The position numbers and the translations under genes are program-made. A stretch of 64,000 bases of DNA from Massalongia carnosa (taxonomy: Eukaryota). Numbering within the stretch: the first letter of the stretch is position 1; the number at the start of each line of letters is the position of its first letter. The notes below the pieces were generated by a model. The model was not told where the DNA came from. It searched no databases and saw nothing but the letters and a program-made list of their open reading frames with translations. The stretch is from NCBI GenBank assembly GCA_965645245.1, contig OZ287080.1, forward strand, positions 1,674,001-1,738,000, read 5' to 3'. This document shows, piece by piece, positions 14,244-25,845 of this stretch.

Positions 14244-16487
14244 ATGTCAACCCCTTCAACGATCACTGCTACGCTACCTCCGCCTCATAGTTCCCACTTT
14301 GGATATTCAAATCACCAAAATTTTTCCACTAACCCCGGACATTATGCGACCAATAACTCCCTCCTGGCCGGCTCGTCTCGATTAGCTCCATCCTACAGTT
14401 TTCCGAGCAATACTCCGGTCTCTGTGGCTCGAACCTCGACGATCTCTTCTTCGTCACGCCCGTTGCCACCAGCGAATACGATGGCCGCATCTCAGTCGAC
14501 ATCGACTTTGCAGGTTTCGAAGAAGCGAGAACGACGGCCGGATTGGCACGAGTTTTACAAGAACGGGCCTCCGAAGGAGATCATTGTCATCGATGATGAC
14601 TCCCCTCCACCTCACCACCGGAGCGAGAACGAGCATACGAATCACACGACGCGAACCGTGCCCATAGGGGACCATGTTAATAAGAAGCGAAGAACGGGCC
14701 AAGCACCTGCTGGTGAGCCAGCCAGGTATCAAAATGGGAATTATACAAATACACGGTCAGATGCTGCAACGGGGTCTAGCACTATATCCACCGATCGAAC
14801 AACATCGTTGCACACCACTGCACCGACATCGCTAGGGTCACACACAAGCCATGGAAGTAGCGGAACACTTATGGACGATGCAGTGGTGGGACAGAAAAGG
14901 AAACGAGTGACACGGCAGCAAACGGCCGATGAGAAGAAGAGGAAGGAAATTGAGGTTGTTGGGGATGCGTACAGCTCTTACGTACCCCCGCCGAAACCGC
15001 CCATCAAGGCCAAGGACGTTCACGTTCCGCCTGTGAAAGATGTAAGCGAACACAAGCTGGATCGACACTGGTTGCTAACGCATGATAGATCATGACAAGT
15101 CAGCAAAATGTGGACGATGACGATGGTCATTACATCGTAACACCCGATACAAGTCTTGGAGAGAGATGTGAGGACTCTTTGCCAATTCTCAGCGGAACTT
15201 CGGTGGTGGAACAAATGCTGATTTTGATAGATCAAGTTTCTAGATTGCTCGGCCAAGGCACTTTCGGGAAAGTCGTCGAGGCTTACGACAGGTTGTCGAG
15301 AACTCGATGTGCCATCAAAATCATACGGTCCGTTCAAAAATACCGAGATGCCTCCCGTATTGAACTTCGAGTGCTCTCGACACTTGCGCACAACGATCGG
15401 GAGAACCGTAACAAATGCATTCATCTACGGGACTGCTTTGATTTTAGAAATCACATATGCATTGTTACCGATTTACTCGGCCAGAGTGTTTTTGACTTTC
15501 TCAAGGGCAATCAGTTCGTACCATTTCCGAGCAGTCAGATTCAAAGTTTTGCTCGGCAGCTTTTAACCAGCGTTGCTTGTCAGTATCCAGGTCCTAAATT
15601 GGATGCAGCCACTAACTTTTATAGTTTTACATGACCTTAATCTAATACATACGGACCTAAAGCCCGAAAATATTCTTCTTGTCGGTAACTCATATCAAAC
15701 ATTTACTTATAGCCGTCAAATTCCGTCCTCCTCAGCTACAACGCAGCGGGTGGCACGGCAGCGAAGGGTGTTACTAGACACGGAGATTAGACTGATTGAC
15801 TTTGGATCGGCAACCTTCGATGACGAATACCATTCGTCCGTCGTCTCAACGCGACACTATCGCGCACCCGAGATCATACTAAACCTGGGATGGAGCTATC
15901 CCTGTGACATCTGGAGCATCGGCTGCATCCTGGTGGAGTTCTTCACGGGTGATGCATTATTCCAGACGCATGACAATCTCGAACATTTGGCCATGATGGA
16001 GAGTGTCTGCAACGCAAAGCTTGAGACCAAGCTTGTTCGGCAAGTCCAAAATAGTGGTCGCGGGAACAACGCCAATCAAGCAGCCAAGTCAGTTTTGCAA
16101 CCTTCATGTCTTCGCTTGCGCTAACGTGGCCAGATATTTTACCCGTGGCTTTAAACTCGATTACCCCAACTCCGAGACCACAAAGGCTTCCAAGAAATAC
16201 GTCAAAGCCATGAAGCATCTTCAAGTAAGTCGGGCTCTGTCGATTAGGATGCATTTCCACTGACGAGCGCCAAGGACATCATCCCTCCCAACACCCCTTT
16301 CAACAAGCAGTTCCTCGATCTGCTGCGAAAAATATTCGTTTACGACCCTCGGACAAGAATCACGGCGAAGGCCGCGTTGAAGCACCCCTGGTTTCGGGAA
16401 AGCCTCGTGGACGATGGGACAGAAGCAGCAAGAATCCGACGGGAGAGAGAACGAGGGGTCAGAGAAGATGCTGGCGACGGATACTAA
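14244..16487 (+). CDS. lkh1: LAMMER dual-specificity protein kinase (Lkh1/Kns1/CLK family), multi-exon
   Basis: [33 protein letters not shown], and the signature EHLAMME; last exon 16275-16487. Confidence 0.95.
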
Positions 16488-17925
16488 CGCCCTCGACAGT
16501 TGCCATCGAAACAAGGGGTTTCCTGGATTTATGTGACGATTCTCACCGCATGCTATGCTAGTGCTATGTTCGGTTTCGGCACGTCAAAACATATACTCCC
16601 CACAAAACCGCCGGACTTGATTGAAGATCTTCCCATGACGATGATGATGGGATGAGCGATACAGGGCATGGTCCCGAAAATGGGGTCCTGTCCCTTTCAT
16701 TTTAGTGGTCTCCTTTGTTTTCGGTAGCATACGGTCATGTCACATTTGACCATGGTCGGATGAGGATGTGTAAGCCAATCAGTCTGTCTATTTCCGTCAT
16801 TGCTTGCATAAAGTGCGTGGATCTGGACATTTACTGCGGGGCGATTGTATAAGATTTCGCAAGCGGCCGAGATGAATGGGAGTGGCGGGGTGTGGGAATA
16901 CGAGGAAATCACCGATCATATGGGCTGGGGTTCCGGGGTGGGGGGAAAGCGGAAAGCGGAATGGATGGATAATGATATGCATAGAATAGGAGCATTGCGG
17001 GGTCCTTTGATCTCGATTTTTTTTTCTTCTTAGGCGGAACTTGGAAATGGGAAAACAGGCAAAGATTGAGAAAACGTTTTCTCATGCATTTATTTGCTTG
17101 CTTTGGTGGTGAGAGCTTCTCGAGAGGATTTTCGTGCTTGGTTTTTCTGTTCTTTCTTTTTCTTTTTCCTTCTCTGATACCTAGATACTTGCTTCCATCC
17201 TGCCTTTGAGAAGTATTTCTTTACCCCCCCCTCTTATTCATTTCAGCCGTTTTTACAAATGTTTCGATCAAGCTGACCCATTTCACCGATTCAGAGTCAC
17301 TCTGTCTCATCCATGCTTTTTTCCTTTTTTAGGGGGGGGTGATGCAGTTGTCATACCTTTGCTTTCTCCCCTTTCCCAGTTCATTCTTTTTTCTACCCTA
17401 ACCCCGTTCTCCTTCCTAATCCCAGCATATACGTCCAAAACACCCAATCCAGCGCTTACCATTCTCTCACAGCTAGCTAGCTACCGTCTCCCCAAAACGC
17501 CAGAAAACACCCCCAGAAACCGGTCCCGAACCTTCTCTCGGTAAGGGGAATTTTATTTTAACTTATCTTTATTTTTTGCACCTTTTTTTGGTCGTCCAGC
17601 TAGATTTCAGTATGGGAGTGGCTGATGTGGGGTGTTGGGTGGGTTGGTGAGTAGGGTAGGTAGGTGGGTGGGTGGATGGATAGGGGTTATGGGATGGGAT
17701 GGGATGAGCTGAGCCTGAGCCTCAAAAAGAAAACTTGAGCGACCCAAGACCCCGGATAGGGGAAATTGAATGGGAAGAGGGAGGAGGGAAACTTGCGGGA
17801 AGAAAGGGTTGCTGGGGGGGAAGATTAGAATCGGACATTTTTGCTCTAGGAAAGGGGGAGGAAGGGGGGGCGCTCTCCCTGGAGCTGGGCTGCTTTTTTT
17901 GACTGAGAACTTGAATAAGTAAGGC

Positions 17926-17971
17926 CGGTCGGTCGGTCAGTCGGTCGGTCAGTCGGTCGGTCAGTCGGTCG
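17926..17971. repeat. (GGTC/AGTC)n microsatellite
   Basis: Directly visible. Confidence 0.8.
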
Positions 17972-19553
17972 GTTAGATGTAGGTGTAGATGATAATGTTG
18001 ATATACGTAACAGTCTACCTTAGATTTCCGTTGATTGATGATGCTAATTACTAACTAATGTTCTACTCTATTCTACCCTAGTTACGGACAACGAACAACT
18101 AACCAACCAACCAACTAGTGTGATACATGTTATATCGCCATATGAAGGAGATTTGGTGAGTTAGTTTACCCTCTCAACTAGGGTAAATGGAGCATACGTT
18201 GAGTAGGGGCATGGCATGCCGGAGCGGGAAAGGAGCCGGTGGGGCTTTTTCCAACCATCCGGGTTGCTTTTCACCATGCCAAAGCGGAATAGCTTACCTA
18301 TTGGCCAGTGTCTGTCCTGATCCGAACCCGGCGTTATCAGTCCGCCGACGCTCTTTTCATGCATGTCAAACTCTTGCGACACGGATGGCTTCCTTCCATA
18401 AATCTCCTGATGCCTGTGCAGGCACCTAGTTAGTTAGAGACAGATAGATCTAAAGGGGGAGTCCAAGTATTTTTCCATCTCATAACAGCGTCGACGTAAG
18501 ATGATGTTGTTAGCCATCGTTAAGGCAATCTTTATAGACTCGGAAGCCACGCTGGGAATCGTTCGTTGAAGCAATGTTGTATGGGTTAAAGGTAGTAAAA
18601 GTAATTGGCCCGCTCTGGTGCGAGACCTGCAATTGGCGAAAAAAAAAAATAAGCTAGGAAACCGAGTTTGGTATAGAGACGGTAATGATAAACCTTGCGC
18701 GTGGAAGTTATTCTGGCGCAAGATCTTGCTATCAGCCGATGGTTTTGGTGAAGCAATTGATGGTATGTTTGTTTGGTATGTTTAGTCCTCTCGACTGGTC
18801 AGGCGCCGGTAATGTGTTGTATCTGGATTGTGATGACCTACTTCGACTTTAGCAAAGCTCTCTAGTTCTGTTCATATGCTCATGGTCCTCTAGAGGCACC
18901 GCATACTCGTTCGGCTGAGAAGCAAAAGTTCGTTGCAAACCCTTCAGGATGGGCATCCCTTAGCAAGGACCAGCATAGGAGCGCTTCAGGAATAGACCGT
19001 CACCTGACAGCTTTCATTTGCTAATGTCATTACGATGGAACGAAAGGTTTATTGAAAAGCCGTACCAAGGGGCCTGGCCTCTTTCCGAAAGTAATCATTC
19101 AGGTAATAGCTTGATCTTGCGGAATAATGTGTAGTTTCTGTAGCTCGAAGACGTGAACCTGGGGACACTGGTTGAATTTATGAAGTTGGTTATACTTGCT
19201 TCGTGGCCACTGGGAATGAGAGTGAAAAAGGCAAGGTGACGAAACTGGTAAGAAGAATATGCAGAACCTGAAAGCCAGGGGAATTTCATGGTAACGTGGA
19301 CAAATAATATTTGGGGAAGGCAAACGAGTAGACTGCAACGAGCATTCAAACAAAGGGGTAGAGGAATAAGTTAAGTATCATAGCAAACGAGGGCATTTGC
19401 TATCAATCTAGCGACGGCAGAGACCCAAGAAAGTTAATACAAGGGTAGGAAAATGCATTGGGAAAATGGAGCCTCGTCAATATTCTATCATCGTTGACGA
19501 ATCGACATGCATTGAGTGAGCAGAAAAATCCAGTTGGCATCCCCTTCTAGATA

Positions 19554-20832
19554 TCAAATGCCCCGATTAAACTCCACTTTCCCTTCCTTCCCCCCCTTAT
19601 TCCAAAATTGCTTTTCCAGCGAGCTGGACTTCACAGCTTGCCGTTGTGGAAATGCTGCCAAAGCGAGTGGCAAAGCCAAGATCGAAGTCGTTAGAATCAA
19701 GCCTTCTCAAAACATCAGAAGTCGTACCCAACAAACCCTTAACACTGCTAATAGCGTACCTAAGTTTACGGGTAGAGTCATTCTTGGCCTATTCTTGAGC
19801 CATTGAGTCCGTTGCAACCGCACTAGAATCAGAGGTGGCAACACCATGATGGGTGTGGAATTCAGCACTCTGCTTAGTGCAGTCTCCCCCACCGCTAGCG
19901 TAGCTGCTTTTTTACTCTTCCCCAGACTTGCTAACCCAGAGCCATCTTTCTCTTTTTTTTTTCTTTCCTCCTCGCTAAGGACGGGGTACACGTCGATACC
20001 CTTTCGGATCTCCTCTCCTCGCATCAAGAACACGTTAAGTGCGCCTGCAGACGCCACCGCCGCGAATGGTACCAGGCGTGTTAATATTATCTTAGTACTC
20101 GGAGAAATGCGCTTTAACCTTGGTAGAAGGGCGGTGAGCCCTAGAGCAACTGAGCAGGACGCTGAGACAGCGAGAAAGTAGGATTGGATCATGGTCGAGG
20201 TGGATATGGGAGTGGATTTGTTAGCGTTCGCGCTATTTATGGCGACATTTAGAGATTGATTGGTTATCTGCCACAAAAGTGTGCCTGTTGTCTATGGCGC
20301 TTTAGCAGTTCGCTCTGGCCCCATTAGGCGAAATGCCGTACTTGAAGGCCAGGAGTGAGCATCCCCGCCGTAACGACCAAGTTCGATATCACGAAGCAAG
20401 ACATGCGGAATGGCAAGAGGACAGGTTCTCCAGTGTCTGTGGAATGTCAGAGCCCTCATGGCTTCACGGCGGCGGAAAGCGCACCTGGATGGAGCGTAGA
20501 ATCGACCAATTTCTTGGCATGCCATAATTCTGGCGTCATCGACTTGATTTGCCCTTGCTTGTACGATGTGATAAGATTCTTCGCCTCGTCGAGCCTGGCG
20601 TTGGATACGAAAAGAGTCCTATGCGTACAGCATCAGTTCCCAATCGCCTTGCTTCCCGAGGCGAAGTAGAGTCGCTGCGGTATACCTACCACACCATCAC
20701 TTGGTGAGGCGGCTACAACTATCCTCACCTAGGGTCTGTTATCTCGGCGGATTGCTTGACGCGCCCCCAGTAGGAGTTCAGGTCATGACGGGAAGCAGGT
20801 AAATCGCAGCTTCCAGGCAGTGAAGAAGACAT
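19554..20832 (-). CDS. FSF1: Sideroflexin (mitochondrial serine/tricarboxylate carrier), multi-exon
   Basis: YDLNSYWGR, STLHPDTGEPV, WQITNQSLNVAINSANAN, RLVPFAAVASAGALNVFLMRGEE, and C-terminal VEFNRGI*. Confidence 0.93.
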
Positions 20833-21229
20833 ACTAGGCAGGCTCTGATCTAAGACGTAGAATCAAAACGAAGGGGGAACAAGATCTAGGGAAGTTCTTG
20901 GTGTTCAGCGAAACAAAGAATTTGAAGACTGAAGCTTCCCATTTTGAGAGCCGGGTCTTTTGAGACTTTCCCATAACTCGTGTGCGGTGTAAGGTTGAGA
21001 TCGTTTATCGTTATCGGTAAGCCCTAAAAGGCAAGCCATTACTAAGCACGCTAAGGTACTCCTGATCGAAAATGTCTACTCCGTACGGAGTGCTTGTACA
21101 TGTACTCTGTATAACACAAAGTAACTATTGCTCGAATCACACGTTGTTTTCTCGTTATACAACACACTAGTCATGTAGAATTCCCTTTTGCAAAAGAGAC
21201 TCAAAAATGAAATAAAAAAGAATCACGTT

Positions 21230-21303
21230 CGACCACGGTGCGATTCGAACGCACAAATCTTTGGTGCCGAAAACCAACGCCTTAACCATTAGGCCACGCG
21301 GCC
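21230..21303 (-). tRNA. tRNA-Arg (anticodon UCG), intronless
   Basis: Cloverleaf: acceptor GGCCGCG/CGTGGTC, D arm GCCT-AATGGTTA-AGGC, anticodon arm TTGGT-TTTCGGC-ACCAA, T arm GTGCG-TTCGAAT-CGCAC. A downstream T-run is a plausible Pol III terminator. Confidence 0.93.
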
Positions 21304-22123
21304 AAGACAAAAGTTGGGCGTCTTTTTGCTAATATATAATAATTTCAAGATTGCGATGAAAGTTTAAGCGATTTTGGGTTCCTTGATCTTTTGGGCTTAT
21401 AAATCGATATCGATTTCTTCAGTTTGAACTCGTTCGATCATCCATCCAAATTGGGATGACTTTCGATTGGAGGAGAAAGATACAGCCCCTGATTTGGATC
21501 CTGCATGCGGTGTGCAAGTACAAGGTTACGGGGAAGATAGGGATCAATCAAAGTCGAATGCCGAATGCTGAATGTGGCCTCGCTCCATGGACGGTTTCGA
21601 AAGACCATTCCTTCCCTTCATTTCCAAGCACAAGTTACACCGTAGTAATGGGGAAAGGATTAATAGAGAGCCGAAGCAACAGAGACCGTATTTCAGCCAG
21701 TTCTTCATTCGTGCATATGCACTTTGTAATCGTAATCACTAATTAACTTATCCCATGATCAGACCTCATGCATCTCTCTCTCCCATTCAACTTCCAAGTC
21801 TTTGGTGCCTTCTTCGAGGCCAGTCAGTCGGGATTGCATGTTCGCCCGAGGAAGGATGAACGGTTCACGCCGTTGATGACATCATGAGGATATCACCCAC
21901 AAGCAACCAATCATGCGGCAGTTCGATGCACTCCTGCAAAACCCTAGTCCCGATCCGGGCCAAACTCCAAACCCACAAACACTTGTCGATTTCTCATCCC
22001 ACCGGCACATTAACCAAAAATAAGTGGCTATTCGTACGACTCGGGCGCTATCATCATGTCTTCCTTCCCCACCGCTCTACAGCCCCGCCATTCGCATTGC
22101 CAATGGCACTGTGAGTTGCTCCC

Positions 22124-23728
22124 ATGGCCGTTCAGTATCTCCCTCACGCCGTCGACACCGTCATCGTTGGCGCCGGCCCATCGGCCCTCATTCTATCTTT
22201 CATCCTTCATGGGAACATCCCTCACTACAACGCCTCGACACCCCACCCGGATCCGATCTTGCAGAAGAAGCTCCTGCCATTGAATTCCCTGCTGGACATT
22301 GACGTCTGCGACCTCACTGCTCATTTTGGTGCCTCGCGTCTCTCCTACTCAACGCAAGCTCTGCCGATTAATGTACTCCTCGATACCCTGCTCCGGCCTT
22401 TAGCCGACACCAACCCCGGCGAATATGAATCCTGTGTGTGCTGGCGGCACGACCCGTCTCGACGAGTACCTCACGTGGTGTTGGGAAACACATCCAAGCC
22501 AGGGGGCCAGTGGGCGGATAATCCCATCGCGGGAAGCTCGGATGTTGCGGCGTTGAGTTATGCGGAAATGCTGTCCCTGCCCGGGTACTCGTTTGAGCGG
22601 CATTGTGAGGTAGCTCATGGTAGCGAGCTAGGAGCGTTTCATCGACCAACACGCCGAGAGGTCGCTGAGTACCTTGAAGTATATCCTGGTGTGGTTGGAA
22701 TTACGGACTCGATATTCACTGATGTGAACGTGGACAGCATTTCGCGGACCGAAAATGGGTTTCACATTGGATCCCATGATATTCGGTGTAGCCACCTCGT
22801 TCTGGCTTCGGGCGTGTTTTCCAATCTAATACCTCCGCGACCCCTCCTGATGCCGTTGATCGATGCACTTCCTAGACCGCCAACGAGCAAGCTTCCTATA
22901 CTGGTCATAGGCTCGGGTTTCACCGCTGCGGATGTGATTCTCTCGTTCCCACCTGATCGGAAAGTCATTCATATCTTCAAGTGGACGGCGGAGCGACCCT
23001 CCCCGCTCCAAGCCTGTCACCCTCGAGCGTATCCGGAATATGCGAGTGTGTATCGTCGTATGAAGCTGGCAGCGAGCAACCTTCTCGGTTCTCGAACAGT
23101 CCCCTTACCGCTCAAAACAAGGAAATCGAATCCGTTCTTCGACCAGCGAGACTGGGATGGTGTCTACGAAGGGTTTCCAAACACTCTGGTTCACGACGTC
23201 TCATTGTACGGCGATCGAGCCCGTATCACACTTCAATGTCATGACGGAACCCTTGTTCAAAGGGAGATATCGGGTCTAGAATACGTGATTGGAAGACGAG
23301 GCTCTTTGACCTATCTAGACACATCTCTTCAGAAGGGAATATTCCACTCCAGCCAAACACCACATGTAGCGGCAGCCCGAATCTCAAGCCGTACGCTCCG
23401 GCCCAAAATGGAAGATAACCTCGAGATCGCACCTGATATTTTCGCCATCGGCAGCTTGACCGGCGATTCTCTTATACGCTTTGCGTTCGGGGGATGTATA
23501 TTTGCTGCCTGCGAGATCCTCAACCGCGTCGGGCAGCCCAACGATACTCCTCCAGAGACGAATCCTTCCACACCAAAGATATTGTTCAGCTTTATCCACG
23601 ACAAGGAATGCCAAGAGCGAGAGAGCAACGATGAATATATAATTACAAACGGACATGCTGATCTTGGTATTGGCCATAGAAAGCGGGTAATGCCCATCGA
23701 CCTAGAAACGATTAGATGTGAAGGCTAG
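22124..23728 (+). CDS. FAD/NAD(P)-dependent oxidoreductase, OSGIN-like (single exon, 534 aa)
   Basis: Two Rossmann motifs VIVGAGPS and LVIGSGFTAAD, plus GGQW, LSLPGY, YPEY and AIGSLTGD. Confidence 0.75.
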   Translation: MAVQYLPHAVDTVIVGAGPSALILSFILHGNIPHYNASTPHPDPILQKKLLPLNSLLDIDVCDLTAHFGASRLSYSTQALPINVLLDTLLRPLADTNPGEYESCVCWRHDPSRRVPHVVLGNTSKPGGQWADNPIAGSSDVAALSYAEMLSLPGYSFERHCEVAHGSELGAFHRPTRREVAEYLEVYPGVVGITDSIFTDVNVDSISRTENGFHIGSHDIRCSHLVLASGVFSNLIPPRPLLMPLIDALPRPPTSKLPILVIGSGFTAADVILSFPPDRKVIHIFKWTAERPSPLQACHPRAYPEYASVYRRMKLAASNLLGSRTVPLPLKTRKSNPFFDQRDWDGVYEGFPNTLVHDVSLYGDRARITLQCHDGTLVQREISGLEYVIGRRGSLTYLDTSLQKGIFHSSQTPHVAAARISSRTLRPKMEDNLEIAPDIFAIGSLTGDSLIRFAFGGCIFAACEILNRVGQPNDTPPETNPSTPKILFSFIHDKECQERESNDEYIITNGHADLGIGHRKRVMPIDLETIRCEG

Positions 23729-24202
23729 TTAACGGTGAGCTGAGGCCTACAAGATTATTTCCTTTTGATAGAACACATGTTCTAAAAGTGTGAACTTAGT
23801 AATACATAGAAGCAATGGAAAAGGCTTTTCCATATTTGAAGTGGTGAACTGCTCTGCCACTCTTTTACGTATCACTTCCGTCTGGTCTCCTGAGTGAGTC
23901 ATGTTACTAACTGCCTGGGAGGACAAAGCATTTGGGGGCTAGAATATCCAGCCCGAATTGTGATTCTAGGCATCGCCATCTAGTCAACATGAAGATGTGT
24001 CTTTTGTTCTAGGTACAATATGTGAAGCGTCTTCTCGTTAACTGGAAGTGTGGCAATGTTGAGCATCACCATTGGTTCAGCGATAACACTTTTCATCAAC
24101 TGGAGTAACTATCTTAGCGTGATTTATTAAGACTCTTTATTCCTTCACCTTTCTTCTTTTCCATCCAGATTCTATCGGACATTTCGACTCTGGATCAAGG
24201 AA

Positions 24203-25148
24203 ATGGCTAGCATCAAACGCAGCAGCAAAGGCTTAGATGCTACTGATCAGCCACCGAAGAAAGTTGTCAAAACCTCAGCACCCGATGCGAGTATCGATGC
24301 GAGCGTCGAGAAGCTAAACGTAGCAAACGCACGGGTTGAGTCTTTGGAGAAGCAGCTGGAGGATCAGTCGCAGGAGTTATACCAGTACTTTTCTATATCT
24401 GGAACGTTTCGTTGTATGTTGATAGACGTGCATTTTACCCTGATACAGCCATCGCAGGAACTTGGCTAACCGTGAGGCTGAAGATGCCCCAAGACCCATC
24501 CAGCGAATGTTCTGCACCGGACCCAACGGCATCGCTTTTATCCGCAATGAAATCCTTCTCAACCTCCAGAGCGTCGCCTCCGACCTGCAAGACACGCGCG
24601 ACCTATACGACTGTGCTCCATTGCCCGGCGACATCGAGGCGCTGTTGCCGTTTCTGACTAAAATCGAGAAGCTGCGAACGTTGCCCAACAGCACCGTCAC
24701 TGCCTTGGATCTCCTGATCAAGCTGGAGGCACATTCGTACGTCGCATTGTCCATCGACGGCCCCTGGGCAGCGACGGAAAAATCCGTCACCACGCGTTTC
24801 GACAATATGCTCCACGAACTCGCGATCGAGAGACGCACGCTAGACCCCACATGGCCCTTCGCACCGGTGTTGGCCGAACTGAAGCTCCACGCGACAATCA
24901 TGAAGACGGCCTCGGCTGGCACTTGGCTCGCAAAGACCATGGAGTTGGCGTCTGCCTGGGAAGAAGGTCGCCCGGAGCCGACCCACGCGGCCGGCGTCCG
25001 GCGCGATCTGCTCAACAGGGGGAAGGAAGTCCCCACCGAACCGGATTGGTGGGACGTGTTTCTGGAACCAGGCAAACCTTTGAGGGATTCGCGCCTTCGC
25101 GGAATGCCTATCGTGCGGCCCAAAGCTGCGAGCCGGAAAAACACATAG
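24203..25148 (+). CDS. Hypothetical protein, 2 exons (intron 24385 to ~24448/24457)
   Basis: Two ORFs joinable in frame by a GT-AG intron; GC-rich coding-like composition; no recognisable domain. Confidence 0.55.
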
Positions 25149-25432
25149 GAGGAGCGCGAGAACCGGCGGTAATACATCTCCATTGAAGCCGCGAGAGAGT
25201 CGATCATAAATACATACACACCACCGCCTCTAATCTTCCCTCGTCCATGAACGAACACGTCCAGCATGTTCTCCCTCTCTCCCTCCCCTTTCTTCGCAGG
25301 TAGTGCATTCCCCCCCCCCCTCCGTAAATAGAATATGGCGCACCCTTCCCGAAACCCTTACCCGTTCTGTAGAGAGAGGTCAGACCTCCCCCCCACCTCC
25401 CTCTCTCCCTTCCCCTCTATCTCGCCCCAATA

Positions 25433-25467
<35 letters not shown>

Positions 25468-25845
25468 TTACGCAACTCTCGGGGTTTCCCTCCTTTCTTT
25501 TGTCCCTTTCTCCACTTGGTATCATCCGATGCTTGATCGAACAAACAAGTAAATATTACTATTCAAGATTCCGGGGTGGGGAGGAAAGGGGAGGTTGTTT
25601 TTAATTAAAAAGGGGGTGGATTGGATTGGATTGAACCGAATCAATTACTTGATAACAATTCACTTCATAAAAAACCCGCCCAAATCAGTTCCTCAAGGGG
25701 CGATAGAACCCCTTATTCCCCCATATTTCATCCTTCCCCTCTCGTCCCCTTATCTCTCCCCAGCCACACCTTCCCTCTTCAAACATAGGCTAAGAAACGG
25801 AACGCAATACAGCGAATTGAAAATGAGAATGGATGAATATATATA

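Noticed and set aside
24377..25267. 296-aa minus-strand ORF, plus similar antisense ORFs at 7782-8351, 45551-46087 and 50093-50984
   Set aside because: Shadow ORFs opposite GC-rich true coding sequence
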